DNA of 64,000 nt, from assembly GCA_965223845.1 (NCBI GenBank), contig CBDCXR010000004.1, forward strand, positions 32,001 to 96,000, read 5' to 3'. Position numbers and translations under genes: made by a program. Below the pieces are notes generated by a model. The model was not told the origin of the DNA. It did no database searches and saw only the letters and a program-made list of their open reading frames with translations. The DNA comes from Planctomycetota bacterium (GTDB lineage: Bacteria; Planctomycetota; UBA8108; SXIK01). Below are positions 1-10,239 of this stretch, piece after piece (within the stretch, counting starts at the first letter, position 1; each line of letters begins with the position of its first letter).

Positions 1-2
1 TT

Positions 3-179
3 CCCAGCGGCGCGCCCGACTTTCCGTTCTGTTCCGAGCGGTGTCGGCTCGTGGATCTCGGTCGCTGGTTCGATGAAGCGTACCGAGTCTCGCGTCCGGT
101 CATCCCGTCCTTCTACGACGAGTCGCTCTCGGCTGACCTCGATCTCGAACTCGGGGACGGGAGCGACGAGGAAGATTGA
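3..179 (+). CDS. yacG: DNA gyrase inhibitor YacG, 3' part (5'-truncated by window edge)
   Basis: Manual translation from nt 3 gives PSGAPDFPFCSERCRLVDLGRWFDEAYRV...EED*; PFCSxRCxxxDLGxW is the YacG signature. Not in ORF track. Confidence 0.9.
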   Translation, partial: PSGAPDFPFCSERCRLVDLGRWFDEAYRVSRPVIPSFYDESLSADLDLELGDGSDEED

Positions 180-285
180 CGGGGCGTAAGCCCGGATGAG
201 AGCGAGGCGGCGACCGAGCGTTCGGTCGCCGCCTCGCTTCGTGTCCGTCGTCTCCCGGGAGGAGACGAGTTCGGACGATACCGTC

Positions 286-885
286 TTAGCGGACGAGTCC
301 CTTCGGAAGACCGGTGTCTTCGTCGAAGAGGCTTTCTTCTTTGTTGCGGAAGATTACGGAGCCGTCCGACCCGAGCACGTTGACGCCACCGGGGTGGCCG
401 TCGCGCGGCTCACCGTCGTCCTCGTACTTATCGTAGTACTTGTCCGAGGAGAGCGAGCGGTTCTTCGCGGTGCTCTTCATCGGGCGCGAGGTCCACGAGT
501 AGTTGTTCGTGTACTCGTCGAGGACGAACTTGCCGTCCTCATCCGCGTCCGCGGCGATCGCGCCACCGGACGAGCAGGTGAACATCTCCGGCTTGAAGTC
601 ATCGGGGAAGAACTCGACGAGCTTCTGCAGCGACTCGTGCGCCGCCGGGTCGCGTCCCGTTGCGATCGGGAACTTCTGCGTACGCGTTCTCTGCGCGTAG
701 AGGAGACACTGCGCGTAGATGTTCTTCAGGTTGTTGGCGCAAGCGACCTTGAACGCCTCCTCGCGACCACTCGAAAGCGACGGCAGGAGCACGCCCGCGA
801 TGATCCCGATGATCGCGATCACAACGAGCAGCTCGATGAGGGTAAACCCCTTGGACTTGGACTGGCGAAGACGCCCTCGAATCAT
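286..885 (-). CDS. Prepilin-type N-terminal cleavage/methylation protein with H-X9-DG motif (DUF1559-like pseudopilin)
   Basis: [27 protein letters not shown]-terminus, CxNNLK motif, and [14 protein letters not shown] near the C-terminus. Confidence 0.9.
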   Translation of the reverse strand: MIRGRLRQSKSKGFTLIELLVVIAIIGIIAGVLLPSLSSGREEAFKVACANNLKNIYAQCLLYAQRTRTQKFPIATGRDPAAHESLQKLVEFFPDDFKPEMFTCSSGGAIAADADEDGKFVLDEYTNNYSWTSRPMKSTAKNRSLSSDKYYDKYEDDGEPRDGHPGGVNVLGSDGSVIFRNKEESLFDEDTGLPKGLVR

Positions 886-1269
886 CGGAACCTCCTGTGC
901 GGGAAGCGAATTCTGGAATTCTGAGCTAGAGTTTCGAACTGCGGGTTCGGATCGCGGTGCGCGTAACCGCGTCTCTCGATCTCGCGCCGGGTAGCCGCGG
1001 TCATCGCGACCGCGTGACCGCCGTCGTCACTCGGAAGACGGGTCGAACGAGCGGTTGGTTGCAGTTTGGTTGAGGTCGAACCGAAGCACCGCTGGCCCTG
1101 GCGGGCGCCCCACGGGCGGCCCCGGTGCGTCTGGCCCGATTCGGCTCGCGGCCGGGAGTCGCGTGCGGCCGAGCGTCTCTCGGTCGGCAGCCTTCGCGTC
1201 GTCGTAGTCGCGTCCGAGGAGAGACCCGGGAAGCTCGATTCGTTCGAAGCGATGACCTCGGTACTGTTT

Positions 1270-1298
1270 ATCGTAGCAGGTGCCGATGGCACCGACAA
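1270..1298 (-). promoter_or_regulatory. Putative sigma70 promoter pointing to the pseudopilin gene, with a palindrome over the spacer
   Basis: Minus strand TTGTCG-17bp-TACGAT with extended TG; palindrome GGTGCC-N3-GGCACC at 1279-1293. Confidence 0.45.
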
Positions 1299-1511
1299 TA
1301 GCGTCCCTCGCTCGGCGGATCAGCGAGCGGTGTACGGTCGTCGTTGGTGTCGGTTCACCGGTCCCGAGCGGCGGCCCGACCGCCTGCCGCGAAACGATCG
1401 CGGTAGCCGCCCGATTTGGTATCAAAGTTGCGCCGATCGCACCGGCCGAGGCCGGAAACGGGAGCGCGAACTCGAGGGCGCGGTCGACCCCTTCCGGTGG
1501 AACGCGGAGTT

Positions 1512-1540
1512 TTGACAAATTCCCGCGGGATGCCTACAAT
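1512..1540 (+). promoter_or_regulatory. Putative sigma70 promoter
   Basis: TTGACA (1512-1517), 17-bp spacer, TACAAT (1535-1540). Confidence 0.7.
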
Positions 1541-1798
1541 TGCCGGGTCGCTCGCACGCGTTTAGCGCCGGGTCGACCGAGTGGGCGCTAAGCTCGCGCA
1601 GAATTCCGAGTTACCTCAAGTTACCTTCCTCGATCTCCCCGCCCTTTTCGCGCGACCGGTCGCCCACTTCGACCGCCCTTCGCCGCGGACCGCGATCGCT
1701 CATCGCAGCGGGTTACCTCATACGCCAGTACTCGCTGCTCCGAGAGAGCGAAGTCTCGACTTCGGGCGGCGCGCGCAGACCAACTAAGGAATGAGGCC

Positions 1799-2488
1799 AT
1801 GTTCCACGGTTCCTTCCCGAGATTCACCGCCGTCGCCGCCGTGGCGGCTTTCGTCATCGCGAGCTCCCCGGCGGCCGCGCAGGAAGAATCCGCCGGCGAG
1901 AATCCCTACTGGGTGATCGAGTTCAAGCCCGAGTCGCTCCGCTTCGTGTCGCCAAAGGCCGGCGCCGGAGAGGGGAAGGTCTACTGGTATCTCGTCTACA
2001 CGCTCGAGAACAAGTCCGGCGAGGACCGCGAGGTGTACGTGAATATCTCGGCGAAGATCGACGGCAAGAAGAGCTACACCGATCTCTTCCTTCCGGCGGC
2101 CGAACGTGCCGCTGAACGGCGTGAGAGCCGGCCCCTCTGGGGGAAGACCGACCAGTTCAAGGAACAGCTCAAGCTCCAGCGGGATCCGAAGGATCCGAAG
2201 TATCAGTACACGACCCTGAAGAGCGGCGAGAAGCGTCGTTGCGTCGCGGTCTTCAATCGCGTCGACCCGAATGTGACCACCGTCGAGATCGAGATCGCGG
2301 GACTCTCGAACGAGATTCGCGAGGAGGACGACCCCGACAGTGGCGAGCGCCGGCTCGTCCAGCGCGTCCGGAAGCTGGCCTACGAGAGGAAGGGTGACGA
2401 GTTCGCGATTCCCCTCGATCGCTTTCGGTTCAAGGGCGCGCGGTGGGCGACGCGGGCGATCCCGTATCCACGTCCGGAGGGGAACTGA
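1799..2488 (+). CDS. Secreted hypothetical protein
   Basis: Signal peptide (AVAAVAAFVIASSPAAAQ), KVYWYLVYTLEN motif, host-like codon usage, AAGGA/GAGG RBS upstream. Confidence 0.8.
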   Translation: MFHGSFPRFTAVAAVAAFVIASSPAAAQEESAGENPYWVIEFKPESLRFVSPKAGAGEGKVYWYLVYTLENKSGEDREVYVNISAKIDGKKSYTDLFLPAAERAAERRESRPLWGKTDQFKEQLKLQRDPKDPKYQYTTLKSGEKRRCVAVFNRVDPNVTTVEIEIAGLSNEIREEDDPDSGERRLVQRVRKLAYERKGDEFAIPLDRFRFKGARWATRAIPYPRPEGN

Positions 2489-2803
2489 GACGCGACCCGA
2501 CCGGCGACAACGGCGGTCCCGCGCGACGGATGAACTCGATCAGGAGATTCGTCCGCCGTGCGCCGATCCCGTACCGGCAACCGGCACGGTTCGGGGAGAA
2601 CGAGATTCTTGGGGAGGAAAGACGGCCGGGCGTCGGGGGATGAACATCCGGGGGACAAGGATTAGGCGGATCGACGGTGAGCACGTCGTCTTTCGTGCGG
2701 GTCCGGAGGGAGGGCGCGCGACGCGCGCCGACTTCGATTCCGCCCGCCGGGCGGCTCGAGTCGCCCGCGGTTCCCACGAGAAGCGGTGAAGCGGAGCTAG
2801 ATC

Positions 2804-3085
2804 TTGAACGACCCGCGGGGGGCGCCGGGAGTCCACGTCGAGTTCGTTGACTCGCTCGCCCAGGAAGAGAAAGACCTCCTGGTTTTACGGAAGATCCTCT
2901 ACGAGGGGTCCTGGGATGACATGAAGCGGGACTTGCGCTCCCGCCGCAGCGGAAAGCCGTTTATCTTTAAGCTCAACACGCGAATTGACGAAGATCTGGA
3001 GAGAATCGAGAAGCTCGAGGACTATGAGCAGCAGCACAAGATAAACCTCCTCGCGTATCTCGAAGATAAGCCCGTCGACGCCTGA
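2804..3085 (+). CDS. Small hypothetical protein (93 aa)
   Basis: Globular-looking sequence (LYEGSWDDMKRDL..GKPFIFKL..RIDEDLERIEKL); GGAG RBS before the TTG. Confidence 0.75.
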   Translation: MNDPRGAPGVHVEFVDSLAQEEKDLLVLRKILYEGSWDDMKRDLRSRRSGKPFIFKLNTRIDEDLERIEKLEDYEQQHKINLLAYLEDKPVDA

Positions 3086-3370
3086 TCGAAGCCCGACTCC
3101 CGCTCAGCGGTGTTCCGCCGCCGGAGGGGAGATCGATCGCTCCGGTCGCTTCTCGGGGTCTCACACATCTGAAATTCCATTCCATCCGAGGGTCACGCCA
3201 GAGACCGCCGCTCCGATATTGCTCGGGGCAGAGCGGTTTCGGTTGTCGATCCGCGCTCTTCCTCCAGTGAATCAGCCGCGTTCGCGCCGGACTCGGGCCC
3301 TGTCCCACCCGGCGGGATTCGTCCCCGAACGGTCGAGTCCGACGCGCGTCTTCCAACAAAGGAGTATTGC

Positions 3371-4627
3371 ATGAACGTGCGGGCGCTATTTCTTCCGGTC
3401 GCCTTTGTTGCGGCAGCCCAGCTGATCGGCTGCCAGGCGCAGCAGAGTGGCCCGACGGAGTCTTCGACCGCGCGCGCCCGGCGCGCCTCGCCGCGGATCT
3501 CCGACGAGATTCTCGCGCAGCACGGCCTCCAGACGCTCTGGTACAACGGCCCCGATCGCGGCGAGCACAAGGTGTTCAACGCCTGGGTGCTCGACGAGGC
3601 ACTCTTCGTCGCGACGCAGCCGGTCTCGGGCAAGCCGGGAAAGCTGAAGAGCATCAACAAGAAGGACGGGATGCCGAACTGGTACTACGAGATCGGCGCG
3701 CCGCTCCAGCACGCCCCGTCGGTGTACCGGTACGCGACGCTCGGTCCCGGCAGCGATCACGAGGTGTACATCTCGCTCGACGACACGGTGCACTGCATCG
3801 GACTCGAGCACGGTCAGCTCCTGTGGAAGAAAACCGCTCCCTACGGCGTGTCGACGCAGGTGGTCGCCGACGCGGACCGGTACTTCGCCGGATCGGAGAG
3901 CGGACAGATCTTCGCTGCGCGCAAGGACAGCGCGGTCGTCGACTGGCAGCATCGAACCGGCGCGTACGTCGAGGCCGACCCGGTGATCGCCGGGACGAGC
4001 CTGTTCGCGGGTTCGACCGACGGTGTGCTCTACGCGCTGTCGCGAACCGCCGGTTACTACCAGGGCTCCTCGTGGCAGTTCCCGACCGGCGCTCGCATCA
4101 CCGCCTCCCCCGTCGTCTTCTCGCAGTGGGTGCTCGCGGGCTCCGCAGACTACAAGCTCTACTGCCTTTCGGCCTCGAACGGCACGAAGCTCTGGGATTT
4201 CCTCGCCGAGGCGCCGATCCTCGAGTCTCCGGTCGTCTACAGCTTTCGCCCCAACCAGGAGTTCGCCTTCTGCATCGGCGTCGACAGCGACCGCGGTCGC
4301 GAGGTGCGCACGCTGTTCGCCGTCCGGCTGCGCGGACGTCGCGGTGAGCGCGGTGGAATCGACGAGTGGCGCTTCGAAGGCGTCTCTCGAGTCGTTTCGT
4401 TGGGGGCGAAGAACCTGTACGTCCTCAGCGACGCGAGCACGACCGGAGATCGTGCGATCGTCGCGCTCGACGTGCTCTCGGGCGAGGAGCGTTTCCGCGT
4501 TCCTGTCGACCCGGGCTTTCTGTTCGTGCCCACGAACGGCGCGGACTTCGGTCGGAACCGCGCGGAGCGGGGAAGGATCTACCTCGTCGGGCACGACGGG
4601 ACGATCCAAACCATCGCCGAGAAATAA
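3371..4627 (+). CDS. PQQ-like beta-propeller lipoprotein (BamB-like)
   Basis: Lipobox-like LIGC; repeated GSxDGxLYAL / GxxLW blades; AAGGAG RBS. Confidence 0.85.
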   Translation: MNVRALFLPVAFVAAAQLIGCQAQQSGPTESSTARARRASPRISDEILAQHGLQTLWYNGPDRGEHKVFNAWVLDEALFVATQPVSGKPGKLKSINKKDGMPNWYYEIGAPLQHAPSVYRYATLGPGSDHEVYISLDDTVHCIGLEHGQLLWKKTAPYGVSTQVVADADRYFAGSESGQIFAARKDSAVVDWQHRTGAYVEADPVIAGTSLFAGSTDGVLYALSRTAGYYQGSSWQFPTGARITASPVVFSQWVLAGSADYKLYCLSASNGTKLWDFLAEAPILESPVVYSFRPNQEFAFCIGVDSDRGREVRTLFAVRLRGRRGERGGIDEWRFEGVSRVVSLGAKNLYVLSDASTTGDRAIVALDVLSGEERFRVPVDPGFLFVPTNGADFGRNRAERGRIYLVGHDGTIQTIAEK

Positions 4628-4835
4628 CGCGAGCCGCATCGCTCTCTGCGATGCTGATTCCGCGGGCCACGAAGCCGTCGATCGAGATGCGATCGGCGGC
4701 TTCGTCGTTTTACCGCCGGCGGTCGAGCGACTCGTCGGAGCGGCGCTCGGGCCGCGCCCGGCGCCGGGCGGGCCGTTGCGGGCGGGCCCTAATCGGTCGA
4801 GAATGTCGATCGAACCGATTCGCCGCGGAGACCGC

Positions 4836-6290
4836 ATGCATTTCATCGATCGCTTCGATCGCGACGTGAGCCCGCTTCTCGCCGACGCGTCCCGCGTGCT
4901 CGTCGGCGTTTCGGGTGGGGCGGATTCGATCGCGCTCCTCTCCCTCCTCTCGGAGTGGGCGAGTTCGCGCTCTCGGCCGCTCGCTCTCCTCGTCGGGCAC
5001 GTCCACCACGGGCTTCGCGGCGCGGCCGCCGACGTTGACGCCGCATTCGTCGCGGGCGTCGCGGCCGGGCTCGGCTGTCCGTTTCTCGAGTTCCGCGGCG
5101 ATGCGCGGCTGCTCGCGAAGGAGCTCGGTGCGTCACCCGAGGATGCCGCGCGCGAGCTTCGTCACCGCGCGTTCGAGGCGTGGATTCGCGCCGAGCGCGT
5201 CGACGCGCTCGCGCTCGCGCATCACCGCGACGACCAGGCGGAGACCGTTCTCTTGAGAGCGATCCGCGGCGCGGGGATCGACGGCCTCGCCGGTATGTCT
5301 CGACGGCGCGAGTTCGGACGCGGCACGAACGCCTTCGTCGTTCGCCCTCTCTTCGACTGGGCTAGAGCGGAGGTCGAAGCCTACCTTCGCGACCGCGGCC
5401 TCTCGTGGAGGGAAGACGCGACGAACGCGAGCGACGCGATCCCTCGCAATCGAATCCGCCGGCGCGTCCTTCCGGAGCTCGAGCAGGCCCAACCCGGTGC
5501 GACCCGTTCGCTCGTGCGGCTGGCGGAGTTCGCGCGAGAGACAGCGCGCGATCTCGACGAGCTCGCGGAGGGCGCGGTGCGGAGCTTCGTTCGCCCTTCG
5601 CCTCGTGGCTCGAGCCTGCCGGTCAATGCGCTTCTCGCCTTGCCGGACAGTCTCGCGCGAAGAGTTTTGGAACAGCTCGCCGTCGCCGCCGGGGGAGATC
5701 CTTCGTCGTCCGTGCGCCGGGGTGCGGCGGCCGCGCTGCGCGTTCTCCGCCGAGCGGCAGCGCCGCTCTCGGCCGTGCTCGCTCTCGGGTCACGCGTCGA
5801 CGTACATGTTCGCTACGACCACTTGTACGTGCGTCCGAGACCGGATGGCGCGTCGAGGCTCACCGCTGCGACGCGGTCGATCGATCGCGCCGGGCGAGGG
5901 AGCGCGCGCTGGCGGGACTGGCACGTGAGCGTCCAGCCTCTTGCTCCAGGCGAAGAGTCCGTCGCCATCGCGCCATCTCGCCTCCGGGACGGCATTGTCG
6001 AGCGGTTCGACGCCGACACGATCGGCGCGCTCGGACCGCTGACCCTGCGTGGGCGACGCGCGGGCGATGTATTTCGCGCTCTCGGCGCTCCGGGGCGACA
6101 GAAGCTCAAGGAATTCCTGCGCAGTCAGCGCATTCCGCCGTGCGATCGCGACACGGTGCCGCTCCTCGTCGCAGGCGACACGATCGTGTGGGTCGTCGGG
6201 TGCCGTATCGGGCACGCGGCGCGCTGCCGGCCCGAGACGAAGAGCGTGCTCGCAGTCGAGGCGCACCGCGAGGGCGGTCCGAGTTCGTAG
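4836..6290 (+). CDS. tilS: tRNA(Ile)-lysidine synthetase
   Basis: VGVSGGADS PP-loop, HVHHGLR, AHHRDDQAET, DATN, RNRIR and TilS C-terminal QKLKEFL...PLL...IVWVVG. Start 4836 or 4803, not 4023. Confidence 0.95.
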   Translation: MHFIDRFDRDVSPLLADASRVLVGVSGGADSIALLSLLSEWASSRSRPLALLVGHVHHGLRGAAADVDAAFVAGVAAGLGCPFLEFRGDARLLAKELGASPEDAARELRHRAFEAWIRAERVDALALAHHRDDQAETVLLRAIRGAGIDGLAGMSRRREFGRGTNAFVVRPLFDWARAEVEAYLRDRGLSWREDATNASDAIPRNRIRRRVLPELEQAQPGATRSLVRLAEFARETARDLDELAEGAVRSFVRPSPRGSSLPVNALLALPDSLARRVLEQLAVAAGGDPSSSVRRGAAAALRVLRRAAAPLSAVLALGSRVDVHVRYDHLYVRPRPDGASRLTAATRSIDRAGRGSARWRDWHVSVQPLAPGEESVAIAPSRLRDGIVERFDADTIGALGPLTLRGRRAGDVFRALGAPGRQKLKEFLRSQRIPPCDRDTVPLLVAGDTIVWVVGCRIGHAARCRPETKSVLAVEAHREGGPSS

Positions 6291-6356
6291 TGACCTTCCC
6301 GAGTGCGGTGCCGACGAGAATGCGTCGCGCACTTCATCGGTGGAATCTCGGTCGAC

Positions 6357-8144
6357 CTAGCTCCCTTCCGCCTCCTTGAGCTTCCGCTCGAACCACGCGA
6401 CCCACAGGTTTCCCAGGGCGGCGGCGCTCCCGATCCCGTAGTGCTTTTCTAGCGCAGCCTCGACGTCCGCGGCGGGCTCGCTCAGAGACTCGCTGAAGCG
6501 GAGCCACGTCGCCGTCCCTCGCCTCGCGACGAGGTATTCGACGAGCGAGGCGCTCTGCGCGTAGAAGAGGTTGATCCGCCCGCCGGGGTAGGTTTCGGCG
6601 GCCAGGATGCGCTCGACGCGCAGGAGGGAGCGCTCGCGGAGCGCTTGCTGTGCGATTCGCCGGAAACGTCTCTGAGAGAACTCGGGCTCGCACCATACGG
6701 CGAATCCTTCGTTCAGCCAGAGGGGGAGCGCACGCGGGTATCCGAGCCGGTGTTGGAGGAGCGCGTGCGCGATTTCGTGGGGCAAGATCTCCGTGAGGAG
6801 CCCGTCCTGTTCGAGATAGCAGACGATGCGATTCTCGCTCAGCGAGCCGAGGCGCCGGACGACTTCGTGTGAGCCTCCGGCCCAGGCGACGTTGCCGTCG
6901 GCGCGGAGGTACTCCGCCCTCGTCGTGTAGAGATCGATTCCGATGCGAACGCGTGGGTGAGTCGTGCAGCCGAGGCGACGAAAGATCTCTCGGTACGCCT
7001 GTTCGGCGACGTCCGCGAGCTCGCGGACGGAAGCGAGGGGAGCGCGGTGCGAGATCTCGAAGCGGCGCGATCGGTAGCGTCCCTTCTCCACCGATTCGCC
7101 CGCGCGCTCGGCGGGCCTAGCGCCGGCGAGCGCACGTTCCGCACCGCGCCGGAGGTCGCGCACCGCCGCGACGAGGTCGCGCGGTCGCCGGGCGCCGCTG
7201 ATCGCGAGGTACTCTTCTGCCGCCGTGCGCTCCTCACCCAGCCCCTCGAGCCCGAGGGCGAGGAAGTAGCGAAGCCGGCGATCCCCCGGGGCGATGTCGA
7301 GAGCGCGCCGAGCCTCGGCGTGAAGCTCGGCGAACTTGCCGTCGCTCGCGAGCGGAGTGAGCGAGGGGATCGCGGCGTGGACGTATCGCGTTCGAATCGT
7401 AGCGGCGAGCTCCGGCTCGATCGACGCGGCGGCTTGGTAGCTCTCGATCGCGCGCTTCCAGTCCGATCCCGCGAGGGCGCGGTCTCCGCGCTGCACGTAG
7501 GCCGCGGCGAGATGGCCGCCGATCTCGCTCCGACGGTCGCGCCCCTGGTCGTAGAGACGCCCGAGGCGCACGATGGCGCCCTCGACGTTTCCCGCTTCGA
7601 GATCCGCGACGGCTCGGCGCTCGTCTCGACGCCTCGCGGTGACGATCTCGTCGAGCGTCTTCCGCTCCGCGATGACGGCTTGCTGCCGCGAGGGGTCCGT
7701 CGACGGATCGCGGCTGAGCTCGTCGAGGAGGGCTCGCGATTCGGTGAGACGGCCGATGTCGCGAAGATAGCTCGCCTGGTAGCGCCGAGCGGCGAAGAGT
7801 CCGGCCGCGGCGGGCTCCGATGTCGGTTCGCGGTCGAGCACGGATCGGTAGGCGGCGATCGCCTCGGCGTAGTCGCCTCGCTGGAGGCATTTGTCGGCCT
7901 CTTCGAGGAGATACTGGCCACGGTTCTGCCGCTCGATGCGCTCGATGCGCTTCCGCTGAATCTCGAGCGTTCCGCCGGGAAAGCGCACGACGATCCGGCG
8001 GCTGTTCTCAGCGAGAATCTCGCCGTGCACCTCGTTGCCGTTTTTGAGAACGATCACGTCCGCCGAGGAGCCGCCCGTCGCGCCGCAGGCGATCGCCGCG
8101 ACGAGCGCGATCCGGATCGAGAGTTCGCTTGGGGTGAGTCGCAT
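6357..8144 (-). CDS. Secreted TPR protein with C-terminal peptidase MA-like (zincin) domain
   Basis: Signal peptide, DVIVLKNG domain, TPR-like helices, HEIAH and WLNEGFA zincin motifs. Start taken at MRLTPSEL. Confidence 0.85.
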   Translation of the reverse strand: MRLTPSELSIRIALVAAIACGATGGSSADVIVLKNGNEVHGEILAENSRRIVVRFPGGTLEIQRKRIERIERQNRGQYLLEEADKCLQRGDYAEAIAAYRSVLDREPTSEPAAAGLFAARRYQASYLRDIGRLTESRALLDELSRDPSTDPSRQQAVIAERKTLDEIVTARRRDERRAVADLEAGNVEGAIVRLGRLYDQGRDRRSEIGGHLAAAYVQRGDRALAGSDWKRAIESYQAAASIEPELAATIRTRYVHAAIPSLTPLASDGKFAELHAEARRALDIAPGDRRLRYFLALGLEGLGEERTAAEEYLAISGARRPRDLVAAVRDLRRGAERALAGARPAERAGESVEKGRYRSRRFEISHRAPLASVRELADVAEQAYREIFRRLGCTTHPRVRIGIDLYTTRAEYLRADGNVAWAGGSHEVVRRLGSLSENRIVCYLEQDGLLTEILPHEIAHALLQHRLGYPRALPLWLNEGFAVWCEPEFSQRRFRRIAQQALRERSLLRVERILAAETYPGGRINLFYAQSASLVEYLVARRGTATWLRFSESLSEPAADVEAALEKHYGIGSAAALGNLWVAWFERKLKEAEGS

Positions 8145-8421
8145 CGAGTGTCCGGGATGCCTCGGGGAGTTCGAGGGTTTCGTCGGGAGAGCCATCTTCT
8201 CGTATCGGACGCAGGCGACCCCGGACTTCGTTCTTCCGGTAACGGCGTTTGAGTCTGGCGAGCGTCCCGTTCTCCATTCCGTTCGCGACAAACTGCATTT
8301 TTCTCTTTTCTCTCCCTCCTCGGACGGTGACGGTGGGCCGTCGGACCTGGTCGCAAACGGGGCCGCGATCGGGATGCCGGCCGCCCGGAGTTCGACCCTC
8401 GCTTAGCTTCGCCACTCTTTC

Positions 8422-9342
8422 ATGTCCGAAACCCAGCCGGGACGCGTCGTCCACAAGTCGAAGAATCAGGTTCGCGTCGACACAGCGGAGGGAGTCCTCG
8501 TCTGCTCGCTCCGCGGACGCTTCCGCGCGACCGGGGCGCGGCGCTCGCCGGTCGTCGTCGGTGATCGCGTGCTCGTCACTCCGACCACCGTGGGAGAGGG
8601 CGTCCTCGAGGAGATCCTGCCGCGATCGTCTCAGCTCACGCGCCGCACCGCCGGCAAGAAGGAGGTCATCGTCGCGGCAAACATGGAGCGGCTGATCGTC
8701 GTCCTTTCGGCGCGAGACCCCGGACCCCGATGGTCCGCGGCCGACCGCGTCATCGCCGCCGCTCACAGTCAAGGACTCGAGCCCGGCCTCGTCGTCAACA
8801 AGTGGGACCTCGTGCGGCACGATGGAGAGGCGGCGGCGGAGATCGCCGGTCGGCTCGCGATCTACGAGAGTCTCGACTACGCGGTGTTTCCGCTGAGCGC
8901 CCTCGACGGCGATGGGCTCGAGCCGCTCCGCGCGTGGCTCCGCGGTCGAGCCACGGTGTTCGCCGGTCACTCGGGAGTCGGGAAATCGACCCTTCTCAAT
9001 GCGCTCGACCCTGCGATCGCGGCCCAGACCGGCGCGGTGAGTACGCGAACGGGCAAAGGGAAGCACACGACGACCGCGGTCACGCTCTACTCTCTCCCGG
9101 CGGGGACGTACGTCGCCGACACGCCGGGGTTTCGCGAGTTTGCGCTCTGGGGCCTCGAGCCGGCTGAGGTCGGCCGCTACTACTCGGAGTTTCGCGCTCA
9201 CATCGGTCGCTGTCGCTTCGGCGACTGTCTCCACCGCGGCGAGCCGAACTGCGCGGTCCGGGCCGCCGTCGCGTCTGGGGAGATTTCTAAGTTTAGATAC
9301 GAAAGCTACTTACAGGTGGTTTCGGAGCTGGCCGACGGATGA
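8422..9342 (+). CDS. rsgA: Ribosome small subunit-dependent GTPase A
   Basis: Circularly permuted GTPase motifs NKWD, GHSGVGKST, GKHTTT, DTPG, plus CRFGDCLHRGEPNCAV Zn site. Confidence 0.97.
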   Translation: MSETQPGRVVHKSKNQVRVDTAEGVLVCSLRGRFRATGARRSPVVVGDRVLVTPTTVGEGVLEEILPRSSQLTRRTAGKKEVIVAANMERLIVVLSARDPGPRWSAADRVIAAAHSQGLEPGLVVNKWDLVRHDGEAAAEIAGRLAIYESLDYAVFPLSALDGDGLEPLRAWLRGRATVFAGHSGVGKSTLLNALDPAIAAQTGAVSTRTGKGKHTTTAVTLYSLPAGTYVADTPGFREFALWGLEPAEVGRYYSEFRAHIGRCRFGDCLHRGEPNCAVRAAVASGEISKFRYESYLQVVSELADG

Positions 9343-9531
9343 CGGGACGAACGCCGGCGGGGGTGGGAGAGTTCCGGTGCAGGTTCTGCCCGCGGCGTCC
9401 GTCTCTCTCATGGGGAAGGCGGTCGTTCGACGGCTCGCCGCCGGCGGCCGTCCCGCGGGCCCGCCGTGCGACCCGAACGCTCGGGATTCGCCCGGCCGGG
9501 CGCGCGGATTCTTCTGCGATTCGCCGCCGCC

Positions 9532-10134
9532 ATGGATGAGATCGAGGATCAGGTGCACGTCGCGTCGGCCAGGGCCGGGGAGCGCCGCGCATTCGAAGCG
9601 CTCGTCCGGAAATACACCCGCTTGGCGGGCGCGATCGCGTTTGGCGTTCTCGGTGACTACCAGCGAGCGGAGGATGTCGCCCAGGAGGCTTTTCTCAAAG
9701 CGTTTCAGTCCCTGCGACAGCTCCGCGACGGCAAGCGATTCAAGGCGTGGTTTTCGGGTATCGTCCGCTCGATCGCGATCGACCACCGCCGAGCGCGCGC
9801 CTCGCGTCTCCGTGCGGAGCAAGCCGAGCCGGTGATCGCCCGAGCGGGTCGCTCGTCGCCGAGCGCCGAAGAGACGCGGATCCACGAAGAGTCCCTCGAG
9901 GAGGTGCGAGGGTGCATCGCCGAGTTGCCGGAGGCCGACCGTACGGTCGTCGTCCTCAAACACCTAGAAGGACTTTCTTATCAGGAGATCGCCGAGTTGC
10001 TCGATGCGAGTGTGAGTGCGGTAGAATCCCGCCTCTTCCGAGCGCGGCGTGCGCTGCGCGAGCGCCTGGGCGCGCGTTCGCCCGGGGGCGAGAGCGGAGG
10101 CGCATCGCCGGACGACGGGCGGTCTCGACGATGA
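9532..10134 (+). CDS. ECF RNA polymerase sigma factor
   Basis: AEDVAQEAFLKAF (region 2); EGLSYQEIAELL...AVESRLFRAR (region 4). Confidence 0.93.
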   Translation: MDEIEDQVHVASARAGERRAFEALVRKYTRLAGAIAFGVLGDYQRAEDVAQEAFLKAFQSLRQLRDGKRFKAWFSGIVRSIAIDHRRARASRLRAEQAEPVIARAGRSSPSAEETRIHEESLEEVRGCIAELPEADRTVVVLKHLEGLSYQEIAELLDASVSAVESRLFRARRALRERLGARSPGGESGGASPDDGRSRR

Positions 10135-10239
10135 ACGCGGAAACACGAAAGTGCGAACTCGAGCGCTCGCGGAGCGGGCGATTTACGGCGGTGGGTCAGA
10201 AACGGCGTCTCGCCGGGACGACCGAGGAGTGAGCTGAGC

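Noticed and set aside
1027-1518. 163-aa minus ORF and overlapping plus ORFs
   Set aside because: No recognisable motifs; region is better explained as divergent promoters.
4023-4802. Long N-terminal extension of TilS (755-aa ORF)
   Set aside because: Overlaps the propeller gene and reads as S/R/P-rich shadow sequence.
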